A stretch of 64,000 bases of DNA from Arenicellales bacterium. Its GTDB lineage: Bacteria; Pseudomonadota; Gammaproteobacteria; Arenicellales; JAJDZL01. The notes under the pieces were generated by a model. It was given only the letters and a program-made list of their open reading frames with translations. It ran no database searches and was not told the DNA's origin. How positions within the stretch are numbered: the stretch's first letter is position 1; every line of letters starts with the position of its first letter. The position numbers and the translations under genes are program-made. Shown here in pieces: positions 32,698-41,561 of the stretch. The DNA is taken from the NCBI GenBank assembly GCA_965202855.1, contig CBDBBP010000004.1, positions 1,225,775-1,289,774 on the forward strand, in the 5' to 3' direction.

Positions 32698-33060
32698 ATG
32701 AGAATCATGCTATTTCTGATTTTTTCCCTGTTTTCAGTTGCGTTGTTACATTTGCTAGAAATTGCGTCTGCGGAGGACGGTGGCACCTTTAAAACAATGA
32801 CGATCACGACCTACGATTACTCAACTATAGAGTTTTTAGAGATTGCGGAAAATATTTCGATTCGAACACATGTAAATGCCTATTCTTTAGAACATGTAAA
32901 CGATGCTCTTGAATGACCTGCGAGAAGGCAGATTTGAAGGTTCAGCAGTCGTCGACTGTCGTACAACTGTTTAGTAAATGTCCGGTAGAAAACCCTGCGA
33001 ACAACCAGTCTGAAATTTTATAGGGACCTAGAGTCGACATGCAGCAAAGTGGATCCAATT
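32698..33060 (+). pseudogene. Decayed secreted hypothetical gene
   Basis: Signal-peptide-like MRIMLFLIFSLFSVALLHLLEIASA, then stops. Confidence 0.3.
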
Positions 33061-33131
33061 TAGTGTGGGACGAAACCAGCATTCTGTCGTTGTTTCGTAC
33101 ATCTGGCTCGGCGCCGTCGGTAGCCAACCGT

Positions 33132-33929
33132 TTACTTTTCGTGACTATCCCAGGCTCCGAACAAGCGTGGCAGATCTCCATAGTAAGCGATTAGACTAAG
33201 TCCCCCGGTCGTCAACAGTACGAAAAATGTCGAAACTACTGCCATTACCGGGGTATATCCGTATCGCAGACTATTGAAAATCTTGACCGGCAGAGTTTCA
33301 TTGGTAAACCCGATCAGCATAAAACTGATGATGTATTCGTTAAAACTTAGAACGAACGCAAAACAGAAACCAAATATTAGAAATGGGCGGATGTTCGGAA
33401 TAATCAGGGTTGTATATACCTGTCTGCGATTGGCTCCACAAATACGCGCCGCATCCAACAAATTTTGACCGATGGAATCAAGCCCGATCAATATCATCAC
33501 CATTGGCAGCGTTACCAGAAACACTCCATGGCTGACGATTGCAGCATAAAGTTGTCCGTAACTGCCGAGTGAACTCCAAAACACAAGAAAACCGAGTGCA
33601 CTGACAACCGGTGGCAACATGAACGGTAATAAACCTAGTCCGCGCAACATCTGTGCCTGCCATCCGAGGCGACGCCAGCAGTAAATTGCCAGTGGCAACG
33701 CTATTAGCAATGCCACCAGAGCCGCACCCATTGCCAAGACGAAACTTGTGCCAACAGCAGATAGCCACTCGCTCTTCTGCAAGGCTTCAGCATACCACCT
33801 CAATGAATATCCCTGGGGTGGAAACAGCAATTGTTTTTTTGCATTGAAAGAAACCCCTACTACCACTATGATCGGGGCAACTAACAATACCAGCATCAAG
33901 CTCAGGAAAATGTTACGCAAACGAAACAT
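33132..33929 (-). CDS. Polyamine/opine-type ABC permease (PotC-like)
   Basis: FPPQGYSLRWY, EAA-like loop DAARICGA, SFNE, TLPVKIF. Confidence 0.9.
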   Translation of the reverse strand: MFRLRNIFLSLMLVLLVAPIIVVVGVSFNAKKQLLFPPQGYSLRWYAEALQKSEWLSAVGTSFVLAMGAALVALLIALPLAIYCWRRLGWQAQMLRGLGLLPFMLPPVVSALGFLVFWSSLGSYGQLYAAIVSHGVFLVTLPMVMILIGLDSIGQNLLDAARICGANRRQVYTTLIIPNIRPFLIFGFCFAFVLSFNEYIISFMLIGFTNETLPVKIFNSLRYGYTPVMAVVSTFFVLLTTGGLSLIAYYGDLPRLFGAWDSHEK

Positions 33930-33932
33930 TTA

Positions 33933-34799
33933 TTACCCTAATCTGCTCTGCAAGCGATTGACGACAGCAATCAATATTAGAGAAGCCGTAATCAGAAAAA
34001 TTGACATCGCTGCAGCAAACGGAACATTTGAGTGGTACAAGGCTTGGTCTGTAATGTGAACTGATAAAGTCCAGTGCCTCGGTTTGCCCAGCATGATCGG
34101 CAAAATATACGATCCCAGTGAATATATGAATGAAAGTACAAACGCAGCTACCAAAGCAGTTCGAACAGATGGAAGCACAACTGTCACCAACGCTCGTATC
34201 GGTGTTGCTCCCAATGTTCGAGCCGCTTCAACCCACTCTCTTGGCAACCGCGTCAAGGGCGGGAACAACACTAAAACGACAAATGGAATACAGATAAAAG
34301 TCAGAGCGGTCAGCAACGCCCAGAATCCCGGTGCGTAAGCCTTTGGAGAATTCGTAATTCCTAATGCGAACAGCCATCCTCCAATTCCAGCCGTACGAGA
34401 AAAAAGCGTACTCCATGCGAATCCGATGACTACTTCAGAAAGGGATAACAATGACACGAGCAAAATCAACCACAATGTCCTTCCTTTTTTAGACATTCCA
34501 GATATCGAGTAGGCAAGCCCGAATCCGATGCACAAGGCTAATACCGAGGCCAATGCACACAATCCAGTAGAGACAAGCAATATTCTTCCAAAAAAAGGAG
34601 AAAAGAAACGCAGATAGTTGTCTATTTCGAATGCCGGCTCGTAAAGCCCTCCCGGTATTTTGTGGTAAAAACTGAACGTCAACATAATCGCAAACGGCAC
34701 CAGGAAAAAAATTCCCAATGCGAATGCTGAAAAAAATCCAGGTGTTGGGCTTGAGCGAAATTCCGAATCTTGTGTGCTCATTCGGGATATGCTAAACAA
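33933..34799 (-). CDS. Polyamine/opine-type ABC permease (PotB-like)
   Basis: EAARTLGA loop, GSYILP, PFAAAMS. Confidence 0.9.
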   Translation of the reverse strand: MFSISRMSTQDSEFRSSPTPGFFSAFALGIFFLVPFAIMLTFSFYHKIPGGLYEPAFEIDNYLRFFSPFFGRILLVSTGLCALASVLALCIGFGLAYSISGMSKKGRTLWLILLVSLLSLSEVVIGFAWSTLFSRTAGIGGWLFALGITNSPKAYAPGFWALLTALTFICIPFVVLVLFPPLTRLPREWVEAARTLGATPIRALVTVVLPSVRTALVAAFVLSFIYSLGSYILPIMLGKPRHWTLSVHITDQALYHSNVPFAAAMSIFLITASLILIAVVNRLQSRLG

Positions 34800-35854
34800 T
34801 ATTCAGCAGGAAGGCGCACAACAACAGAATCACCTTCAGAAAATCTTGGGATTTGTGAGGAACTCTGAGGTGAAAATGTATGAATTATGTTGGCCGAGCC
34901 GCAAACAGCATGAATTTCGATCAGGTTGCCGATGTTGCGAACAAACCCTACCTTGCCCAATAAGGTGTTTTCTTTATTGGTTGACTCAATCTGGTCGCCT
35001 GAGTAAAGTTCCACTCGTTCAGGACGAATCGAAATTTTTACTCCATCTCCTTCCGATAAGCTCATGTCTTCGTTTACATTCGTTCTAATTTTCGCTTTGC
35101 CGATTTTCACGAAGTTATCATGCCAAAATCCGGCAAGCATATTGGTGGCGCCGATAAAACTGGCGACAAACTCTGTACGCGGATTTTCATAGATGTTCAT
35201 TGGTGTGTCGATTTGCTCAATTTCTCCCTCACGCATTACTACGATCAAATCTGCCAATGTCATTGCTTCTGACTGGTCATGAGTGACAACAATAGTGGTA
35301 ATGTTCAACGACTGCTGCAGCCGACGTAGCTCAATCTGCATGGATTCGCGAAGATTTGCATCCAACGCTGAGGTGGGTTCATCAAGTAAAAAGATTTTGG
35401 GTCGGCGCGCCAATGCGCGAGCGATGGATACTCGTTGTTGTTCACCTCCCGACAGCTGCGAGATTCTTTTATCGCCCGCGTTCGGAAGATGAATCAAATT
35501 CAACAACTCTCGCACTCTTTCCTCTCGTTCCAACTTCGAGACTCCCGAAATGCGCAAGCCATAGGAAATGTTGTCGGCAACAGACAGGTGTGGAAATAAC
35601 GCGTGGGATTGAAATACCATTCCAATGTCACGCTTATGGGGAGGAAGCGCTACTAGATCTTCACCATCCAACAACACTTTGCCGCCATTAGTAGTTTCCA
35701 GGCCGGCGACGATTCTAAGGATAGTTGTCTTGCCACATCCGGAAGGACCCAGCAAGCAAAGCAACTTGCCAGCTGGGATATCCAACCAGATGTCATTCAG
35801 CGCCTGAAAGGAACCATATCGTTTATTGACTCCTTCTAATTGGAGACGCGGCAC
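34778..35854 (-). CDS. Polyamine/opine-type ABC ATP-binding protein (PotA-like)
   Basis: GPSGCGKT, LSGGEQQR, LDEP, VTHDQ, TOBE tail. Confidence 0.93.
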   Translation of the reverse strand: MPRLQLEGVNKRYGSFQALNDIWLDIPAGKLLCLLGPSGCGKTTILRIVAGLETTNGGKVLLDGEDLVALPPHKRDIGMVFQSHALFPHLSVADNISYGLRISGVSKLEREERVRELLNLIHLPNAGDKRISQLSGGEQQRVSIARALARRPKIFLLDEPTSALDANLRESMQIELRRLQQSLNITTIVVTHDQSEAMTLADLIVVMREGEIEQIDTPMNIYENPRTEFVASFIGATNMLAGFWHDNFVKIGKAKIRTNVNEDMSLSEGDGVKISIRPERVELYSGDQIESTNKENTLLGKVGFVRNIGNLIEIHAVCGSANIIHTFSPQSSSQIPRFSEGDSVVVRLPAEYCLAYPE

Positions 35855-35900
35855 GATTGTTGCTCAAGGTATTGAATTGCGTCGGTCACGACGTCTAATT

Positions 35901-37004
35901 CTACACGATAAGCTCAGACCACTTTTGCGCCAGCCAGTCTCCTCGCTGATCATAAATGTCATAGCGCGGCACAATCGGTTCAATATTGCTTGAAACAGCG
36001 GCAAACTCCTCTGCGGTCAAGTCAAGCATATCGCGCGGGACCGTCGGTGCAGTGCCAACATTTCTTGAAAGCAAGGATTGAATGTCCGCACGACACATGA
36101 AATTGATGAACTCATGCGCTTCATCCAATTTTTTAGACGCACGCGAAACAGCCCACAAGCCCGAATCGCTGACTCCACCTTCTTTCGGAAACGTAGTTCG
36201 TACAGGAAAACCGTCAGCCGCTGCTAGACCTGCAACATCGTGATAGTATTGCCCCATTGGGATTTCACCGGATTTCAATGCCTGTTCAAACTGCGCTTCA
36301 TCACGGTACCAAAGGGCGACATTTGGTTTCAGTTCTGCGAGTTTCTCGAACGCGGCCAGCTGTCCGGCCTCATCGTCAAGCATATCAGTTGAGCCAAAAT
36401 ATGTTTTTGCCGTGACTTCAAGCAAAAAGGAGTTAGTTACCAGGGCAAGCAATCCTAATCGGTCTTTGTTGTCCGGATTCCAAAGTTCAGCCCAGCTCTC
36501 GGGTGCGTCCGGATATACGTCAGTATTGGTGACTAATGTGATGTACCATGCGACCGCACCTACACCATCCAATCGCCCATCGGGATAACGATGAACGAAA
36601 TTCGGCGAAACGTTCTTGAGATTAGGTAATTTTTGTTCGTCAAGTTCCATCCACAAATCGGTTTTTTGTCCTTTTAGCATTGGTACCTGAGCGATCATCG
36701 AGACATCAGCAGGTGCTACACCAGCCGAGGCTGCGGCATTCAATTGTGCTAACCACGCTTCTCCAGTTGGCTCAGCGATGGATTCGACCGCAATGCCGGT
36801 TTCGGATGTGAATACCGGGAAAATGAATTGATCAAAAGAGTCTTTAAAGTAGCCCCCGTAAGCACCAACTTTCAAGGAAGCATCTTGACCTAGGGAGATC
36901 ATCGGGAAACCCAAGACCGCTGTAGTTGCGGTTGCTGCAGCAGCACAAATTACGCGTCGTCGGGAAATGGATTGGATGTGATTATTATCTTTCATTAATT
37001 GCAC
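35901..37004 (-). CDS. PotD/PotF-family periplasmic binding protein with Tat signal
   Basis: SRRRVI Tat motif, YGG, PESWAELW, FPKEG. Confidence 0.88.
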   Translation of the reverse strand: MQLMKDNNHIQSISRRRVICAAAATATTAVLGFPMISLGQDASLKVGAYGGYFKDSFDQFIFPVFTSETGIAVESIAEPTGEAWLAQLNAAASAGVAPADVSMIAQVPMLKGQKTDLWMELDEQKLPNLKNVSPNFVHRYPDGRLDGVGAVAWYITLVTNTDVYPDAPESWAELWNPDNKDRLGLLALVTNSFLLEVTAKTYFGSTDMLDDEAGQLAAFEKLAELKPNVALWYRDEAQFEQALKSGEIPMGQYYHDVAGLAAADGFPVRTTFPKEGGVSDSGLWAVSRASKKLDEAHEFINFMCRADIQSLLSRNVGTAPTVPRDMLDLTAEEFAAVSSNIEPIVPRYDIYDQRGDWLAQKWSELIV

Positions 37005-37470
37005 CCCTATTTTTCAAAAAAATTTACTGTTTCATGTATTTTCGATTTGGAGGTTGTATTCAAACATCGTTTAGAAACAAAATCATATTCAGTATGACGA
37101 CAATCAATTTGGATTTTCGTTTGCCTTACGTTTAAGCTGAATACATCATTCACAAGAGTATTCCGTTTTCTGAAAAAATCGCTGAAAATAATGCGATTTG
37201 TATTGATTCGGCTACGTCAAATTGTCTTTGAAAGTAATTTTGCGATTAATTTGGAAAACGGAATTGCCTTCATATCATTCAACACTACGATAGGATGCGG
37301 ACGAGTCAGTGGTGAAATCAACCCCCAATCAATTCGTTTCCAATTTCAAACTTCAAATCGTCTCCTCCTCTAGCAAAATTGTGGCTAAAAACTCTCGCGT
37401 TCATACCTTAATGTTTGATTATTAAGTTAACTTTACCACAATGTTATTATTTGTAAAATCTTATATTACT

Positions 37471-37504
37471 AAACTTTACTTTGACGTTCGTCAAAGTAAA
37501 GTTT
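37471..37504. repeat. Perfect 16-bp inverted repeat with 2-nt spacer
   Basis: aaactttactttgacg-tt-cgtcaaagtaaagttt. Confidence 0.9.
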
Positions 37505-37714
37505 CTATCAGCACCGGCCGATAGCCATGCCGCCGCTACCAGTCGTCGGCCAACTGCCGACACGCCATCGACAAGAATTTCGACGGTCGCGTTAGGGAAT
37601 ATTTCGAATTGTTTAACGAAGACAATGCCCGTTGCTGTCAGCTTGAACTAAATCGAGATGTTCATACTAACACCGTGTTATGCAGGTGGGAACAAATTGA
37701 GCGATTTTGAGCTA

Positions 37715-38063
37715 GCGTCAGGGCTTCTCCCGTGTTGCTGCTTCTTTCCTCTTCCATACGTGCCGACACCAATACCCCGGCGAGAGTGGGCAGTGCTCTT
37801 GTCGCTCACTTCCTGTCCCACTCCCGGCCCTCCCCATATTAACGGAGGGTCGAATCTCGCATTACCGGTTTCGGAGTCTGCTCGGCGGTTACTCACGTTT
37901 CAGCCCGCATGTTCGCGAAGTCGCTCAATTGCGACCCGTTTACACCAGAGTGCTTCAGTCCATGTCGTTACCTCTATAAACCGCCCTAGCTGCTATCAAC
38001 CGGAGCGACAGTCGTTGCGTTGGTTTCGCACCCACTGAAAAGAAGCGCCTTTCCACGGCGCAG
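37715..38063 (-). ncRNA. Group II intron 5' fragment (domain I region), no RT ORF or domain V seen
   Basis: Minus strand starts ctgcgccgtggaaaggcgc (GUGCG-like 5' end), contains gggtgcgaaacc, ggtaacgac..gaagc, and ends near aacacgggagaagccc. Confidence 0.62.
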
Positions 38064-38169
38064 GTTAAAGTTCGGTTGGTAGATGTGCTTAATGGGCAGG
38101 CAGCCGCAGTCAGAATATGCGTTCGAAGCAGCCGACGCAGGGCTTTGCCGATGAGAAACCGATTTCGAT

Positions 38170-38560
38170 GAATCTGGCACATGTGCCTGAAGCCGAAGCG
38201 CTGGCCGGCTCAACCGCACTGGAGTGGTGGTTACTGACCAGCCTCACGGCGACCGATGTCGCCGGGTCGAGCGCATCGAACGTGCGGTCATCATCAATGC
38301 GGTGATTGCCTGGCGGCTGGCGGCGATGACGATGCTGGGGCGGGAAACCCCGGAATTGCCGATGAAAGTGCTGCTCAGCGACACCGAAATCGGGGTGCTG
38401 CAGGATTTCGCAGACAAACATCGTTTGAAAGTGCCGGACAATGTCGGCGCTGGCGTAGTGACGATGGACATGATCGCCGGTTATTTGAATCGAAAAAATG
38501 ATCCACCGCCCAGATAATAAAATCTGGGAAGGCTATAACCGACTGGTGGCGATGTCGCAG
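38170..38560 (+). mobile_element. IS4 (IS50/Tn5-like) transposase C-terminal remnant
   Basis: LEWWLLTSL and INAVIAWRLAAMTMLGRETPELP..AGYLNRKNDPPP, closely matching the C-terminus of 41737-44073. Confidence 0.82.
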
Positions 38561-38724
38561 GCTTACGATTTGGACCTGCACACGCTGACCCAAAAAGAAG
38601 GCTGGTTGCACCACAAGTCAAGTATGGACTGAAGATGTGTGTAACAGGTAGGCCGCCAAGGCGCGAATCAAGCATCCATCGCGGTATTCGTTCAAAATTT
38701 GTTCTTAAGTTCGATGTTTCGACG

Positions 38725-39645
38725 TTATGTCTTAAATTGCGAATCGACGGCTTCCAATGCACAAGCCATGAACACTGATGCGGCTGCCGTTTCCTGAGTG
38801 GCTTTTCGGCGGATCAACTCATAGGTGGAAGTGTACGCAAACATCTCCGGTTTGATAGACCGAATTGTACCGGCCTTCACCCAACGTTCAGCGTAGTGGG
38901 TTGAAAGAAAGGCTAGGAACTCCCCGCTAAGTATCAGATGCAACAATCCTTCAATATTGTGTGCACGAGCACGGAAATTAAAAGATCGATGTAAATCAGG
39001 AGTCTGATCAAGTGAAACATAGCCTCGCTGCGCATGACTGCATTTCGCAATTTCGTCAATGGAAATATTGTCATCGCATATTCGAAAAAGTGGATGCTCC
39101 CGACCAGCGAACAGCTCCATTTGCGCATTGAATATTGGTTGGTAGTTCACGTGAGACAGCCTTCTTGGAAAGAATCCGATGCCCACATGGGCTTGCCCGT
39201 CAAGCACCATCTGTTCAAGGTGATTCGGTGATGCCACTTCAAGAGAAATCCGAACTTCGGGAGCTTTATTGTGAAATTTCCGTAATGCTCGATGCAGATG
39301 AAACGACGGGTGCGTTACCGTATTGTCGATAATTCCGATGTTAAGTTCGCCGCCCAGTTTTCCACGGGTCGATTCTATAGTTGCACGGAAGTTTTCCAAA
39401 TGTGCGAAAAGTGCTTGAGCAGCGTCATGAATCTTTTTCCCTTCATCGGTCAACGCAAACCCGGACCGCCCCCTTTGACATAGTGACACACCGAACCGAT
39501 CTTCCAGCTTTGATACCTGAGTGCTAATCGTAGCTAGACTTACATTGAGATCAGCCTGAGCAGATGAGAATCCGCCACACCGCACGACAGTCAGAAAAAC
39601 TCTCAAAAGATTTAGATCGACATTAGCGATTGAAGGAACAAGCAC
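38725..39645 (-). CDS. LysR family transcriptional regulator (BauR-like)
   Basis: DLNLLRVF..GGFSSAQ..TISTQVSKLEDRFG..LCQRGRSGFALTDEG HTH. Confidence 0.92.
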   Translation of the reverse strand: MLVPSIANVDLNLLRVFLTVVRCGGFSSAQADLNVSLATISTQVSKLEDRFGVSLCQRGRSGFALTDEGKKIHDAAQALFAHLENFRATIESTRGKLGGELNIGIIDNTVTHPSFHLHRALRKFHNKAPEVRISLEVASPNHLEQMVLDGQAHVGIGFFPRRLSHVNYQPIFNAQMELFAGREHPLFRICDDNISIDEIAKCSHAQRGYVSLDQTPDLHRSFNFRARAHNIEGLLHLILSGEFLAFLSTHYAERWVKAGTIRSIKPEMFAYTSTYELIRRKATQETAAASVFMACALEAVDSQFKT

Positions 39646-39896
39646 TGCACCCCCTTCTTAGTTAGTAAATTAGATACATATCAAAATAAATTGTATCAAT
39701 TAGCTGTTTATTGTTCGGATAAGAGAGGCAAAAGTGGACATCCGACCATTCACTGAACCTACGGCTGCAAGGTCTGTACAAAAAGAAGTCCGAACTGGCG
39801 CTGGCATGGTTGGTCGTCGAATCATGTATAAAGACTTGGTCTCTGGCGAGGACGGCCGAATGAAATTTATTGAATCAAACTGAATTCGGAATTAAT

Positions 39897-40572
39897 ATGA
39901 TTGATAGAGTTGCGCAAACATATCTAGACAAAATCCTGTATGAAGAATGGTTGCTAGAAGAAGGATTTACTATTACATATAACAAATTTTTTGAATGGAA
40001 TTCAGATAAAGCAAACAAGTTGCGTATTGATCACTAAAACAGTGATTTTCGTGTTGTCAGCACTATTTTTTTACGGGGATTTGCTTCAACTTAAAACTGA
40101 CTATAAAAACAGGGAGAAAAGAATAAGAGTAGTTTGAAAAGCAAATGATAACAATACATACAGTGGTACATATACTATCTGAGGCAACAAAAATAGACTG
40201 ATTACAGCGTGGTCTGCGAGTACAGATAGAACTAACGAATATGAAAATTTGTACGGTGTTGAAACTATAGATGAGCAACTATTCAGAACACAAAATTCAA
40301 TTTATGAGAGGTTTCAATCAATGACTAAAGATATAGATGATCTTCCAATTGACAGAGAATATTGGGAAAGGGTAATGCCAGATTCAAGGGAACAATTTGC
40401 ATATTCTTTTTTCAAACATGAACATAATCTCAACTCTGATTTAGAAAGATTTGGCAGGAAAAAACTTTTTAGAATTTTGGAAAGAAAAAATGGGTCAATA
40501 AAATTAAGCGACGGCGCAAAAGCGGTTTATTACCGTCCAATTAGTGATGAAGATATTAGTAATTATGGTTAA
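39897..40572 (+). pseudogene. AT-rich hypothetical gene, fragmented
   Basis: Open 3' part 40249-40572 preceded by stop-interrupted coding-like sequence. Confidence 0.35.
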
Positions 40573-40817
40573 CTATCAAATAGTTGAAGATTCAAGGAGA
40601 TATAAATAGATGTCGGTCAGAAAACCCCTATTTTCGCATTAAACAGACGGTTGAAGAGATAGTTTTGGGTTGAAAACTTAGCTCAGTGTAGACGCGTCAG
40701 CGGCCGCAGAGTGGATTTTTGAGTGAAGTTGTCGAAATGATGAGAAAACCACGAATTTCAGCGACGACGAAGTCTCCGCCGAGCGGATGATCCATGCAGA
40801 TGGATGAGGTGGGAGTG

Positions 40818-41561
40818 CTAAGCGGCTTTGAGGTACTGGCGGCGGGCGAGTCTTTTGCGCTCTTGGTCGCGTAAAATCCGCCCCAGTCGTTTGAGATTGG
40901 CGGCAAGCACTGACAACGCTACGGCGCGGGCAAAGCCGCTGCGACCATGGTCTCGCACCCGAACCAATCCGCAATGTTCCAGATGATTGATCGCCGACTC
41001 AATGCCAGGATGTTTCTGCCGGGCGGCTTGGAACCACGGCTGCGACTGATGCTTTAAGGCTTTCACACTCAAGTAGCCTTTGCGCGGCAGCGCACATTCA
41101 TGGAGCAGCTCACCGAGTTGGCGCTGATTGTCCGGCAAGTGAAAGCCGCGGTCGAAACTGCAGGCGAGCAGCTGCGGGAACAGTTGCTGCGTCTCGGTGA
41201 TCAGCGGCACTGCATGATCTACATCACTGCCTTGCCACAGGATGCGGTGATGAAGGATGAACATATGCTGGTCCTCGATCACTGCCACCGACATGCCCAG
41301 CTCCTGCGAGACCCCGGCCTTGCCCTTCGCGATCCAGCGGGTATGCGTCTCAAAGATCGAAAACATCTTCTCTTGGTGAGGAATCTTCTCACCGTCGAGC
41401 AGACGCCGCCTGACCTGATCGACCTGGCGCCAGCCGGCAAGCTGCAAGGCCTAAGCCAGCGAGGGCGGCCTCGCGGACGGTACAGCGCATGGCATCCCAC
41501 AGCAGGCTCACATCGGTGGGATAGTGCACGTTGGTCTCGACGCAGAACGAGTCAGCGCGCC
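40818..41561 (-). pseudogene. ISNCY transposase, C-terminal part
   Basis: DSFCVETNVHYPTD..LLWDA, EKMFSIFETHTRWIAKGK, SFDRGF, GIESAINHLE. Confidence 0.85.

Noticed and set aside
37660-37690. attC/integron-like ctaacac..gttat site
   Set aside because: No paired R/L box structure, no cassette array and no integrase
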